Positions 43,332 through 54,600 of a stretch of DNA of 55,882 bases are shown in pieces. A program made the position numbers and the translations under genes. The DNA lies in the IMG/VR virus record IMGVR_UViG_3300011443_000016, positions 1 through 55,882 of that record, one strand, 5' to 3'. Source of the DNA: a virus. Lineage: Duplodnaviria > Caudoviricetes. Positions within the stretch are counted from its first letter, which is position 1; each line of letters begins with the position of its first letter. The notes under the pieces were generated by a model. That model saw only the letters and a program-made list of their open reading frames with translations. It did no database searches and had not been told where the DNA came from.

Positions 43332-46300
43332 CCTGCCTGCCAACTATGTTTCCCGGCTTGAACCGGACTACTTTGAAGACACGCTGGACGACTCGGCATT
43401 GTGGCAGGCAGATGTTTACCGACTGGCAGCGCAGTTGGCGCGGGAAGCAGAATCCAGGCTGATTATTGACATTGGTTGTGGACGCGGCGAAAAGCTGACC
43501 CAATTTGGCAACGAATTTGAAACCTTTGGGATTGATTATGGTTCAAACATCGCTCAAACCCCGGAAAGTGAACGTCATTTTTGGCGTGTCGGCAATCTGA
43601 ATGAAGAAATCATTGAACCGAAATTCTTTGATCGAACGGTGGCAATCTGCGCCGATGTAATTGAACACCTGCCTGATCCTACGGCACTGATCGAAACCCT
43701 GCGCAACGCTTGTTCCACCGCTGAGTATGTACTCGTGTCCACGCCTGACCGTGACCGGGTGTATAAAGGCAAACCGCATTTCGGTCCGCCCGTCAATCAA
43801 TACCATGTCCGTGAATGGACACTGGCGGAACTGCGGGAATGGTTTGTCTCCGTTGGTTTGCCCGTCAAATGGGGGGGCTGGACGATCAGCAATGACAAGC
43901 GACCAGATCAGGTCTGGACTTCGCTGCTGGTGCTGTCGAACAAACATGAAATAACCCAATTACCAATCAATTACCAACCTGCGCCCGATTATCGCAAGAT
44001 GGCTAAGCGGCGCAAGCAGGACTCCGCGCTGAAAGTGTGGATGACACCGACGCCCAGCGAAGCCGGACGCGATACCACCAATGCCATCAACCAGATTGTG
44101 TGCCGACTGGATGAACACCTGCCCGATTTCGGCGTGGAACTGGTCGAACACCCTGACAATGCAACGGTCTATGCGGCTCACGCGGGGCAAGGCAGTCCAG
44201 CACCGATCCATGTGGCGCATTATCACGGCCTGTATAACACGGCGGGCGGGCATGATGCCCACCACTTTTTTGCGATCAACAGTCATGTGATCCGCAACCT
44301 GCGCACGGCGAAGATCATCACTGCACCCAGCGAATGGATTGCAGACCTGATTCGCCGTGATATGCACATCAACCCTGAAATCATTGGCTGGGGCGTGGAC
44401 GTGGACGAATGGACACCCGCTGAGAACCCCGGCTTATATGCCATCTGGAACAAGGCGCGCGTGGATGCAGTCAGTGACCCAGCGCCGATGCTCGAACTGG
44501 CTAAACGTGTTCCTAACATGCCCTTCCTGACCACCTTTGGCGAAGGCACGCCCAACGTCAAAACGATTGGGCGACAGCCCTATGGAGTGATGAAAAATTA
44601 TGTCCGCAACGCATCGGTGTATCTGGCTACGGTTACAGAGACATTCGGGATTGCCACGCTTGAGGCTATGGCGGCTGGCGTCCCCGTCCTCGGTTTCCGG
44701 CATGGGAATACTGCGCACTTGGTTGAGCATGGAATCACGGGTTTCCTGGCAGAACCGAACGATATTGATGGGTTGATCGAAGGTTTAATCTATTGCATGA
44801 AATATCGTGACCGCCTGGGCGCGAACGCGCGCGAGGCAGCACGCCAGCACACCTGGGGACGGGTCGCAGCGGAAATGGCGCGGGTGTATTGGAAGACACT
44901 TGAACCGCACCAGGGCAAGAAAGTTTCCATCGTCATTCCCTGCCATAACTATGCTGAATATGTGGGGGAAGCGATTGAAAGCGCATTGGCGCAGGAAGCG
45001 AATTTTGAGTATGAAATTATCGTGGTCCTTGACCGTTGCACCGACACCAGCGCGGCAGTCGTTGGTCGCTACGCTGAGCGCGGGGTGCAAGCCGTCACTG
45101 TCGATAATGGCAGCTTATCCCAAACACGCAATGACGGCATTACGTTGGCGACGGGTGAATTCATCGTCCTCTTGGATGCAGACGATAGGCTGGGCGATCC
45201 CCGGTTTCTGCAAACGTTATCCGATGCGCTGGATAATGACCGCACACTCGGAATTGCCTTCACCGGAATAACGGTGATGAATGCAGACGGGGTGCTGGGG
45301 CATAAAAATCCCTGGCCGAAAGGCTACGATTTTGATTTGCAAGCCCAGCGCCGCAACCAAGTGCCAAGCTGCTGCATGTTCAGGCGGCAAGCCTGGGAAC
45401 GGGCGGGCGGTTTCCGTCCCTGGTTCAAGTATGCCGAAGATGCCGAATTCTGGCTGACCGTTGGCGCGATTGGTTATGGCGCTAAGCAGGTCACTGAGGC
45501 AGGTTGGTTTCACTACCGCCTGCATAACAAATCCGCTTCACAAGTCCATCGCACGGGCGAAGTACATGAACCCGACTGGACGGAATTCCAGCCCTGGACG
45601 AAAGACAACGAGCGTCCCTTTGCCGCAGGCGGCAAACCGCCGCTGGGTAGCTGGCCTGTGCGTTATTATCTGAAGCCCGATGTGAGCATCATTATCCCGG
45701 TGGGCAAAGGGCATGAGCAGTCCGTCAGAGATGCGCTGCATAGTGTGGAAGGGCAGACGCATCGCCAATGGGAATGCATCGTGGTGAATGACAGCCCTGA
45801 TGATCTGGATTTGACGGGTTTCCCCTGGGCGCAGATGTATACCACGCGCGGCCTGGGAAACAATGGGGCAGGCGCAGCCCGCAACCTGGGTGCATCGTTC
45901 GCCAATGCGCCGTTCCTGGTGTTTCTGGATGCGGACGACATACTCAAGCCGCAATTTCTGGAACTGACGCTGAAAGCCTATCGTCAGCACGGGCGTTATG
46001 CCTACACGGATTGGATGACGGATGATCGGCGCGGCAAGACGGCAATCCACCGCACGGCTGAATACAGCATGGACGCGGTTTGGCAGTCGCCATCGTTGCA
46101 TCCGGTCACGGCACTGATCCCGCGCAAGTGGTTTCTGGATGTCGGCGGGTTTGATGAGCAGATGGATGCTTATGAGGACGTTGACCTGTACATGAAACTG
46201 CTCACGCGCGGCTATTGCGGGGTGCGCGTGGATGAACCGCTGCTGGTGTATAATCTGGAAACAGGCCAGCGGCGCAAACGAGTCGAAAAAGATGTTTCCC

Positions 46301-46869
46301 GGTTCAAGACGCTGCTGACTGGTCGTTATCGGGAATTCATGGAGGGTACGCAGATGTGTGATTGTGTTGATCCGCCAAAGGGCAAAACACCCGTTCCGCC
46401 GACACCAGAGAATGCGGGCGAGTACAAAGCTGCTTATGGCGATATGGTGAAAGTGCAACTGACCTGGGAATTCGCAGGCTTATCACCCACCACGTTTCGC
46501 GGTCCAGCCACCAAAGTCTTCTATGGTGCGCGGGCGAAAGGCGACATATTCCACATTTGGGAAGCGGACTTGATTAACAGTCAGGGCGTGTTCACCAAAT
46601 TGGATGCGTATGAGGTTGAACCCGTTCCAACAGTTGTGCCACCGCCACCCGAAAGATTGGATACATTCCCTGGCATTCCTGTTCGCGAGGGCAATGCGCC
46701 CAGCAGTACAGACGAAAAACCCGTTATTGAAACCCTGCTGGACAACCTGAGCAAACGCGAGATGGTGGAATACGCTGCTGAACACGACATTGAATTGCAA
46801 CGGAAAGATTTGAAGAACCGCGAAACAATGATTGCGGCAATCCTTGAAGCACTGGCGGCTCGGGTATGA
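43324..46869 (+). CDS. Multidomain methyltransferase + GT4 + GT2 + GT2 protein
   Basis: IDIGCGRG, ADVIEHL; ETFGIATLEAMAAG; VSIVIPCHN...LLDADD...ED; VSIIIP...FLDADD...GGFDE...ED. Confidence 0.88.
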   Translation: MYNLPANYVSRLEPDYFEDTLDDSALWQADVYRLAAQLAREAESRLIIDIGCGRGEKLTQFGNEFETFGIDYGSNIAQTPESERHFWRVGNLNEEIIEPKFFDRTVAICADVIEHLPDPTALIETLRNACSTAEYVLVSTPDRDRVYKGKPHFGPPVNQYHVREWTLAELREWFVSVGLPVKWGGWTISNDKRPDQVWTSLLVLSNKHEITQLPINYQPAPDYRKMAKRRKQDSALKVWMTPTPSEAGRDTTNAINQIVCRLDEHLPDFGVELVEHPDNATVYAAHAGQGSPAPIHVAHYHGLYNTAGGHDAHHFFAINSHVIRNLRTAKIITAPSEWIADLIRRDMHINPEIIGWGVDVDEWTPAENPGLYAIWNKARVDAVSDPAPMLELAKRVPNMPFLTTFGEGTPNVKTIGRQPYGVMKNYVRNASVYLATVTETFGIATLEAMAAGVPVLGFRHGNTAHLVEHGITGFLAEPNDIDGLIEGLIYCMKYRDRLGANAREAARQHTWGRVAAEMARVYWKTLEPHQGKKVSIVIPCHNYAEYVGEAIESALAQEANFEYEIIVVLDRCTDTSAAVVGRYAERGVQAVTVDNGSLSQTRNDGITLATGEFIVLLDADDRLGDPRFLQTLSDALDNDRTLGIAFTGITVMNADGVLGHKNPWPKGYDFDLQAQRRNQVPSCCMFRRQAWERAGGFRPWFKYAEDAEFWLTVGAIGYGAKQVTEAGWFHYRLHNKSASQVHRTGEVHEPDWTEFQPWTKDNERPFAAGGKPPLGSWPVRYYLKPDVSIIIPVGKGHEQSVRDALHSVEGQTHRQWECIVVNDSPDDLDLTGFPWAQMYTTRGLGNNGAGAARNLGASFANAPFLVFLDADDILKPQFLELTLKAYRQHGRYAYTDWMTDDRRGKTAIHRTAEYSMDAVWQSPSLHPVTALIPRKWFLDVGGFDEQMDAYEDVDLYMKLLTRGYCGVRVDEPLLVYNLETGQRRKRVEKDVSRFKTLLTGRYREFMEGTQMCDCVDPPKGKTPVPPTPENAGEYKAAYGDMVKVQLTWEFAGLSPTTFRGPATKVFYGARAKGDIFHIWEADLINSQGVFTKLDAYEVEPVPTVVPPPPERLDTFPGIPVREGNAPSSTDEKPVIETLLDNLSKREMVEYAAEHDIELQRKDLKNRETMIAAILEALAARV

Positions 46870-47189
46870 GTACCGATAGGGAACTGCTGCAAGAATTATT
46901 TAACTTCCTGGTCAAGCGCAACTATGTGCAGGGCGATGAGGCAGGCATCATGGACATGGTGCAGCGTTACAAACAACCGCCGCTGACCCGTTACCATCAG
47001 GTGTGTATGCAGATGACCCAAGCCGATTATCGCAACCTGGAAAACCTGCTGGAACGCATCGTGGCGCATTTCGCACCCAAACCAGAACCCGATAGTGAAT
47101 GGCACGCGAAAATCGCGTTGGATTGGGAACTGAATAACGCGCATAAGCCGCCAACTGAGGGACCTGCCAATGTCTCCAAGCTGGATTGA
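46866..47189 (+). CDS. Hypothetical protein
   Basis: ATGA-coupled ORF. Confidence 0.6.
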   Translation: MSTDRELLQELFNFLVKRNYVQGDEAGIMDMVQRYKQPPLTRYHQVCMQMTQADYRNLENLLERIVAHFAPKPEPDSEWHAKIALDWELNNAHKPPTEGPANVSKLD

Positions 47190-47505
47190 AATCGGGATTA
47201 TCGCAGCCCTTGCCACTTATCGCATCACATTCATGATCCACAGCGAAGCGGGGCCAAAGGATATTTTTGCGCGCCTGCGGACACGGTTGGGTGTGCGCTT
47301 TGACCAGTACAGTAACCCCTACGGAACGAACTGGCTGGCAGATGGCATCCTGTGCTATTTCTGCCTGTCAGTGTGGGTTGCTACCTTTATTGTTGTTGCG
47401 CTCGTTCTAGGGCGGTTCTTGAACGTTTTAGAGGGTGTTCTGATCGTGTTGTCTCCCTTTGCTTTGTCGGGGATCGCAATCTATCTCAAGAAGGCGGTGG
47501 GCTGA
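47170..47505 (+). CDS. DUF1360-like membrane protein
   Basis: ALATYRIT...IF..LR...CYFCLSVW. Confidence 0.7.
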   Translation: MSPSWIEIGIIAALATYRITFMIHSEAGPKDIFARLRTRLGVRFDQYSNPYGTNWLADGILCYFCLSVWVATFIVVALVLGRFLNVLEGVLIVLSPFALSGIAIYLKKAVG

Positions 47506-47720
47506 TGAAAGATTTGGCTTATTTCACTGAACAGGCGCGGCGTTCCTATCGTGCTTATGGCGAGGTGACAGATTTCAAGAATTATCAGGGACTTCCAATG
47601 CCTGAATGGGACGATTTGACTGTTAAAATTCAGCAAGCATGGGTGAATGCAGTCAAACAAGTATTCCGCGATTTACAGGTGCGCGATACGGCAACCAATG
47701 AATTATTTGTCGAGGATTAA
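47505..47720 (+). CDS. Hypothetical protein
   Basis: TGATG coupling; AY...KN..G.PMP.W..L....Q.AW. Confidence 0.6.
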   Translation: MKDLAYFTEQARRSYRAYGEVTDFKNYQGLPMPEWDDLTVKIQQAWVNAVKQVFRDLQVRDTATNELFVED

Positions 47721-47722
47721 TT

Positions 47723-48940
47723 ATGGCACGCGCAAGCACCTATACCGGACTCCCGCTGGACACCTGGGCAAGTATTGTCGGCATATCGCCATTCGAGTTT
47801 AATCAGTGCATCTATCCTGCACCCAAGTCGGCGCAGTGCCAGGACAGCATTTATCAATTCCCCTGGCAGCGTGACCACTTGAGCCGGGAGGAAATTGCCG
47901 AAGCGATTGCTGACGCGGAACAAATGTTGGCCTATGAGCTTTTATACTGGCCTTATCCACGTTATTTTATTGGCGAAACCCAACTGTACACCCGTCCGCA
48001 CCAGCGCCAACTCTACGGTTATGCCGGAACCCCGCGCGGTGAGTGGAAGACGGTGCAACTGAACTGGAAGAAAATCCACAGTGGCGGGCTGTTCAACCGC
48101 ACCCTGATTGACACTATTCCAGCGATTGACATCACCAAGCTGGACGAAGACGGCGATAGTGTGTTTGAAACCTTTGAAGCTACCATCACCGATGCCGCGA
48201 TTGGTGACATTACTGACCCCTATGAACTCGCCCTGTATTTTGCCGATGATGACCGACACGGGGAAGCCGTTGGCGAAACGTGGCGGGTGCGCCCGCTGAC
48301 GATTTCAATCAGTGGCAACACGGCAACCTTCCGAGGCAGCAGGCCGCTGCTGGTCAATCCCGGAACAGAATTCGCGGTTGCGCCGACTCGGTTAGATGCC
48401 ACGAGCGATGCTATTTACGTGGACGAACTGCTGTGCTATCGGGTGTTTACCGATACCCAGGCGACAGAAGATTATCCCTATCAAGGCACGGCGCAGTGGA
48501 AAACCATCCCCGGCTGCGCGCAGGATTGCACCTTTGCCCTGCGTGAATTGTGCCTGGGCGAACACAACAATGAGCAAGGGCGCATCTTCGTTTCCTTCGG
48601 TGAAGCCTGCACATGGCCTTTTGCAGACCGTGAACCAGACCGTGTGGAAGTCAATTACCTGGCTGGACTACCACTCATTAATGGGCAGATACCGAACGAA
48701 ATGGCGCGCATTATCACCTACTTATCCGTGTCGCTGCTGGCGAATGAAAAGTGCGGCTGTGACCGATCCAACCGTATCCTTGCCAAGTGGCGTGCGCCCC
48801 TCACCCGCTTTGAAGACAATAACGGCGAAGGCGCGCAAAGTTTTGTGACCAACCGCACCCCGTTTCCGAATACGGTGGGCGGTAATTATGCCTGGAAACG
48901 GGTACTCCGAATGCGAGATATTGAAAGCGTAGGAATATGA
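47723..48940 (+). CDS. Head-tail adaptor/completion protein
   Basis: AIADAEQML..., VEVNYLAG...IP; position before the tail genes. Confidence 0.55.
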   Translation: MARASTYTGLPLDTWASIVGISPFEFNQCIYPAPKSAQCQDSIYQFPWQRDHLSREEIAEAIADAEQMLAYELLYWPYPRYFIGETQLYTRPHQRQLYGYAGTPRGEWKTVQLNWKKIHSGGLFNRTLIDTIPAIDITKLDEDGDSVFETFEATITDAAIGDITDPYELALYFADDDRHGEAVGETWRVRPLTISISGNTATFRGSRPLLVNPGTEFAVAPTRLDATSDAIYVDELLCYRVFTDTQATEDYPYQGTAQWKTIPGCAQDCTFALRELCLGEHNNEQGRIFVSFGEACTWPFADREPDRVEVNYLAGLPLINGQIPNEMARIITYLSVSLLANEKCGCDRSNRILAKWRAPLTRFEDNNGEGAQSFVTNRTPFPNTVGGNYAWKRVLRMRDIESVGI

Positions 48941-49284
48941 CAGCTAAACAAGCCAAGCCCAGCGCACCCAAACAACCAGTGGAGCGCAAAACCTACACCG
49001 ACAACTCTGGCATTCCCAGGGTTGTTTTAGTTCCAGCAGGGGAAAAGGATTTGAAAGCGGGTATCCCGGTTTCACTCGATCTGTCCACCCTGTATGGACA
49101 CATGCCCAAAGCCTTCCAGCAGGCCATGTATAAAGCACTGCACGCGCAAGGCTTGATCGAACCTGCTGATTATTTTAAGAAGGGCGCAGCCGAACGTTAC
49201 CAGCGGGCGTTGCGCGATGTTCTCAAGCACGATTTTTTAAACATTCAGGCACTAGCAAAAGAGGAGATCAATCATGCCCGATGA
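48937..49284 (+). CDS. Hypothetical virion-region protein
   Basis: Coupled ORF. Confidence 0.55.
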   Translation: MTAKQAKPSAPKQPVERKTYTDNSGIPRVVLVPAGEKDLKAGIPVSLDLSTLYGHMPKAFQQAMYKALHAQGLIEPADYFKKGAAERYQRALRDVLKHDFLNIQALAKEEINHAR

Positions 49285-50764
49285 TGTGAATATCGCCAAA
49301 AGCGGACAATGGCGTGTGTTTGTCCAGCCCGATGGCAGCAGCCCGTCCAATCCCTACTTGTTTGTCGGTTGTTTGGCGCTGGGCGGCTTTCAGGAGGATT
49401 TGGGAACGGGTGAGCCGATCTATTGCCCCTCGTCAGAAGTGGCGGGCGCATTCGATATTGTGGACACCACCAATCCGCCGCCCAGCCTGCCCACTACCGA
49501 TTTTACTCAACACATGAACAGACAACTTCAGGACTTCTGGTGGGACTTGCGCAAACGGAAGTGTAAATTCAACGCCAAGATCAAAGGCTCAAACTGTGCG
49601 CGGCCTGACGATCCCGATGATTTTGAGGCGATGATTATCACTCGTGATAATCAGTTGACCGCCTTCAATACCGGGGCATTCAATGGACTGGCTGAGGATG
49701 CGGTGATTGACCTGACGGGTACGTTGCAAATGCTGGGGTTTGACCGTTTCCTGCCCATCACGTTTGGCGAAGTCGCAGACGCGGAAACCTTCAGTGAAGC
49801 GCTGGATGGAATATACGCGGACAAAATCCAGTGCGGGAACTGCGGCGCGCAATCCGATGGCTGCCAGAAGATGTATGTGTTGCTGACGACTGAGGCGGGT
49901 TCACCTGCCCTACCTGCGGCAGTGGCGTTCTCACTGGACGGCGGCAATACCTGGGATTATGACGGGATTGACTCGCTCGGCGCTCAGGCAGCAAATCGTT
50001 TGGCGCAGGTGGGAACACGCATCGTGGTCGTGTCGGAAGTGGATGAGGGTCATCACTACAAGCTGCAAAACGCGATTGACAGCGGCACAGCCGGATCATG
50101 GACGGCGGTCACGGGCGGTTATGTGGCGGGCAAAGGTCCGCAGGCCTTGTGGAGCAAATCGCCCAGCGAAACGTTTGTAGCGGCTGAAGGCGGTTATGTC
50201 TACTTCATGGCAAATCCCGCCGCAGCCGTGACGGTGTTGACCGATGGCAGCGTGACCACGCAGGACTTGAATGACATTCGTGGGCGTGGGCGCACCATCG
50301 TGGCAGTCGGTGACAGCAACGCCGTAATTGTCTCCTACAACAATGGGCAGACCTGGGCGCTGGTCGTGGGACCGAATGTGGGCGTTGACCTGAGTACGGT
50401 GGAAGTCATCAATAACAATGTCTGGTTCGTCGGCGCAACCGATGGCACGAGCTATTACACCGAAGACGGCGGATCAACCTGGGTGGAGAATACGCCCAGC
50501 GCGGACATTACCGATGTGAACCGTATCCGGTTTGTGGACGCGATTGTGGGTTACATGGTCGTGGAAATCAGCGGCGGCGTGCGCCTGTATCGCACGGCGG
50601 ACAACGGCTACTCCTGGCACTATGATGGTTCGTATGTCGGCAGTGTCCCCACCGCCGCGCGTTACAACTTTGTAACACCCTGCCCTGGGGATTACAACAC
50701 GGTGCTGGCAGGCGGTCTGGCAGCAGTCGGAACCGATGGCATTATCATCGTGGGCGCAGGCTAG
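49274..50764 (+). CDS. Probable major tail protein with C-terminal BNR/Asp-box beta-propeller
   Basis: Directly before the chaperone and tape measure, followed by a terminator; SLDGGNTW, SYNNGQTW, TEDGGSTW, TADNGYSW. Confidence 0.6.
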   Translation: MPDDVNIAKSGQWRVFVQPDGSSPSNPYLFVGCLALGGFQEDLGTGEPIYCPSSEVAGAFDIVDTTNPPPSLPTTDFTQHMNRQLQDFWWDLRKRKCKFNAKIKGSNCARPDDPDDFEAMIITRDNQLTAFNTGAFNGLAEDAVIDLTGTLQMLGFDRFLPITFGEVADAETFSEALDGIYADKIQCGNCGAQSDGCQKMYVLLTTEAGSPALPAAVAFSLDGGNTWDYDGIDSLGAQAANRLAQVGTRIVVVSEVDEGHHYKLQNAIDSGTAGSWTAVTGGYVAGKGPQALWSKSPSETFVAAEGGYVYFMANPAAAVTVLTDGSVTTQDLNDIRGRGRTIVAVGDSNAVIVSYNNGQTWALVVGPNVGVDLSTVEVINNNVWFVGATDGTSYYTEDGGSTWVENTPSADITDVNRIRFVDAIVGYMVVEISGGVRLYRTADNGYSWHYDGSYVGSVPTAARYNFVTPCPGDYNTVLAGGLAAVGTDGIIIVGAG

Positions 50765-50772
50765 TGTTTAGT

Positions 50773-50800
50773 GGGGCGGCATGTCCGCCCCTTTCTTTTC
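50773..50800 (+). terminator. Intrinsic terminator
   Basis: GGGGCGG-catgt-CCGCCCC-TTTCTTTT. Confidence 0.8.
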
Positions 50801-50830
50801 CAACCGAACAGATGACAAGGTGTTCTCAAG

Positions 50831-51394
50831 ATGACTGAATACGCAATTCCCCTGGATGCGCTGCTGAGTGAAAATTCACCCAATGGGAGAATCCCCAGCA
50901 CAGAATCGGAAACCGAATTATCGTTACCGCGCGTGGATGCTAAGCGGGGCGTGTTTATCACGTCACGCGGCGATGAAATTGAACTGTCTGACAAACCCGT
51001 TTCCGCCTTGATCGTGGATCGGTTGCAGCAAGAAGGCAAGCCCAAAATCCCGATGGTGGAAGTCACGCTGCTGGGCAAGCACAAACAGCTTGAACCGCAT
51101 GTGGGACACGAGGGTTATCAGGCGCGATTAGCCGAATGGCAAGCCGAATCGCAGATGGCGGTGCTGCGCTACCTGTTCACCGTTGGCACGAAAGGTACAC
51201 CACCGCAGGAATTCATTGAGGAACAAGCACCCTATTTCCCCTATGCAACGGCGGCTGAATGGAAGTATTTATGGATTTGTGCAAGACTCCCTGATGACGA
51301 CATGGCGGACTTTACAGAAGCCGTGATGGGGCGGGCATTGCCGACAGCGAAAGGGATGGAGGAAAGCGCAGACTCCTTTCGCAGTCAAGGTTAA
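50831..51394 (+). CDS. Tail assembly chaperone (G-like)
   Basis: Position between tail tube and tape measure. Confidence 0.65.
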   Translation: MTEYAIPLDALLSENSPNGRIPSTESETELSLPRVDAKRGVFITSRGDEIELSDKPVSALIVDRLQQEGKPKIPMVEVTLLGKHKQLEPHVGHEGYQARLAEWQAESQMAVLRYLFTVGTKGTPPQEFIEEQAPYFPYATAAEWKYLWICARLPDDDMADFTEAVMGRALPTAKGMEESADSFRSQG

Positions 51395-51671
51395 TGGCGC
51401 ACCTGCGGATCAGTACAATTTTCGCCAAGCGGCGGCGACTATTTCCTACTCAATGGAATATGAGTGCGAATCGGCGCGCATCCATGCGGGCATGAGCATT
51501 GCCGAATGGGATGCGCTGCCCGGAACACGGCAATGGCTTGATCCTGATACGGGCGGGCGCAGTAAATGTGACCTGCTGATTTTGTACCGTATGAGTAATT
51601 TCATCCCGGCTGCATCCAATGATGCCCAGGCACGGGAAGTGGAACGGAAATCCAGACGAAAGGGAGGATAG
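51374..51671 (+). CDS. Tail chaperone T-like extension, reached by a probable +1 frameshift at TCC TTT CGC
   Basis: The +1 frame is open from 51378 to the stop at 51671; GMSIAEW..L motif. Confidence 0.6.
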
Positions 51672-51675
51672 CACA

Positions 51676-54600
51676 ATGGCACTGCCAAAAATAGGCTTGC
51701 AAGCTGTCCTCGAAAATTCGGCGGGCTTCAATAAAGCCATCGACACGATGAATAAGAAGATTGACGAAACCCGCAAGAAAACTGCTGAGGCAGCTAAAGG
51801 CACAAGCCCGCTGAATCAAGCGCTGGACAAGGTCGGGGTTTCACTGGACGGCCTGAAAAACAAATTCAGCCAGATGTCCGGCGCAAGCGGACAGCTTGTG
51901 AACGGCCTTGCGGATATTGCGATGGCTTTCGGTCCAGTCGGGATTGCGATTGCAGCGGCAACGGCTGGGGCAATCGCGCTGGGCGCAGCGTTCCTGGCAC
52001 TCGGCAATCGCGGCGCAGCCCTCGTCCCCCTGGCAGAGTCGTTTGATAATCTGACGGCGAAAGTCGGCATTTCCAGCCAAGTCCTGCTGAAAAACTTGCG
52101 CGCCGCTGCCAATGGCACGGTGAGCGACTTTGATCTGATCCGCCGCGCCAACCTTGCCCTGGTCGGTGCTACGGGCGAATTCGGCAAAGCCTTTGGACGC
52201 GACCTGCCCAAGCTGCTGGCTGCTGCCCGTTCTGCTGCGAAAGCTACCGGACAAGATGTTGATTTCCTGTTTCAATCGCTGGTGACAGGTATCAAGCGCG
52301 GTTCTCCCCTACTAATTGACAACACGGGTATCGTCCTCAAGCTGGGTGCTGCCAATGAGAAATTGGCGAAGGATTTGGGCAAGTCAGTTGAGCAGTTGAC
52401 CGCCGAAGAAAAGCAGATGGCGGTTCTCAACGCGACGGTGGAAGCAGGTGCGGCGCTGACGGCTAGCCTGGGCGATGCACAGGAATCCAATTCGGAAAAG
52501 CTGGCACGTTCCAACGCAATTATCACCAACACGCTCGACAGTTTAGCCATCGCCGTTCAGCCTGCTTTCGGCGTATTGCTGGATTTGGTCAACGGTGTGC
52601 TGGCGAACTTCCAGAAATTAGCGGTAGGCCTTGCGCCGATTTTGGGCGCAGTCGCTTCGATTATCACGGAAGTATTCGGTGGGATTTTCAACACGATCAT
52701 GATGGTGATCCAGCCGATTTTTGACGCGGTGGTGAGTTTCTTGCCCTACATTGCGATCCTGTTTCAGGGCATTGCCAGTGTCGTCAACGGCGTGGTGACA
52801 GTGATCCAGAATGTGGTTGGCGGCGTGGTGAATTTCCTCAAGGATGTGGGGCAGAAATTGTTCGGGTTGGATATTTCCAACCTGGGCAAGAATCTGTTTG
52901 AAGGTGCTGCGGCGGCCTTTGGCTCATTCGCCAATGGCATTTTAGCCGTCGCTAATCAATTGATTTTTCCAGCGGTGATTGGCATTGCCAAATTCATCGC
53001 TGATTTCCTGATTGGGTTCAGCCCGCCGAAAAAGGGTCCGTTGTCGATGATCGACAAGGGCGGCGAGAATGTCATGAAGGCGTGGCTGGACGGGATTGCC
53101 GGAGTCAGCCTTGATCCGGTGGAGCAGGTCGCCAGCGAAGTGAGCCTATTGCTGGGCGACATTGGCAAGGCCAGTCTACCCATCGTGGATGCGCGACTGA
53201 AGGAACTCGATCAGGCGTTGCTTCCCTTTCAGAACCGTCTGGATATTGTTAAAAGCCAGTTTGATGCGATTGCCGCCCCAGCACAGGCCGCGCTGGACGC
53301 GATTGATCGCCAGATGCAGCAGGCGCAGGATGCGCTGGCTTCTGGTGATGTGAACGCTGCCAACACCATCCGGCAGTTGGATGCGGCGCGCGAAGCGATC
53401 CAGGGTCAATTGGATTTGCAGCAGGGGATTGTAGACCGTCAGCAAATCCAGTTAGGATTGGCGACGGCGGCGCAGTCCCAGGAACGGGCGCTGCTCAATA
53501 TCCGCAAGGCGCAATTAGCAATCACCAGCAAAGCAGCGGGCGCTGCTGGAACCGTTGCAGGTGGCGTTGCACCCAAAGCGCCCGCAGGTGGCGGCGCAGC
53601 GCCGATCACACCCCCAGGCAGCGCAGCAGGTGGCGGGTTTGTCCCGCCTGAATCATCGGTGCTGGATTTGATCGGCGGACAGGGTGCAATTGATGAGGCG
53701 ATTGGCGGCATTCAGGATGCGTTCGCAGGCCAGTTGGATGTCGGTCAACTCGATCTATTTGCCACCAATTCGGGTGCGCTGCAAGAACAGTTTGACCGGA
53801 TTGGCAGTGTGGACATCGGCGCGAAGTTTGGCGAAAAATTCAAAGGGCTGACGGACTTGTTCGATCCCAATGTGGAGAACAGTCCGGCGAATGTAGTTTC
53901 CCGTTTCTTTAGCCCTGATCCCAGCACGCCAGGATCGGTTGCCAGTTTCATCAATAACTTAGGCAATCTGGACTTGAAAGCGGTGGGCGAAAGTGTTGGG
54001 CGGGCGCTGGCAGACGTGTTTGTATTCTTCACGGGTGATGGTGAAGGCACGCTGCAAGGCATCCTGGCAATCGTGACGGGCGATGCCTCGGTGGAAGGTT
54101 CAGTGGCGAACTTCTTTTCACTGCTCCCCCAGCGGGTAGCCGATGCCGCCAGCGGGTTATTCGATCAACTGAAGACTGACGTGTTTGACCCGGTAACATT
54201 ATTCCTGACCGGACCGGATACCGATCCGAACACGCTGGCAGGAATCCTGAACACCGCCATCATATTCTTTGAACTGCTGCCCTCGCAAATCGTGGCGGCG
54301 CTGCAAGGGATTGGCGCGTCCATGTATGCGGCCTTTGCCATCCCGGTGATTAACGTCATTAACTCGGTGATTGAAGCGGCTGAAGGCGCGGTCAAGTCGT
54401 TCCTGACAGGTGTATCTAACTTCCTGCTGGGCATTGCCGATGGGCTGGGCGGCATCATCGACACCACTTCAATCCGCAATACCGCCAATGACATTGCGAC
54501 CAAAGCGGGCAGCGTCACATTCGGGCGATTGTCTACGGCACTGCCTGCGTTCCTCGTTCCGGCTGCTGCTGAAGGTGGCTTGTTCGGACCGGGTGCAATT

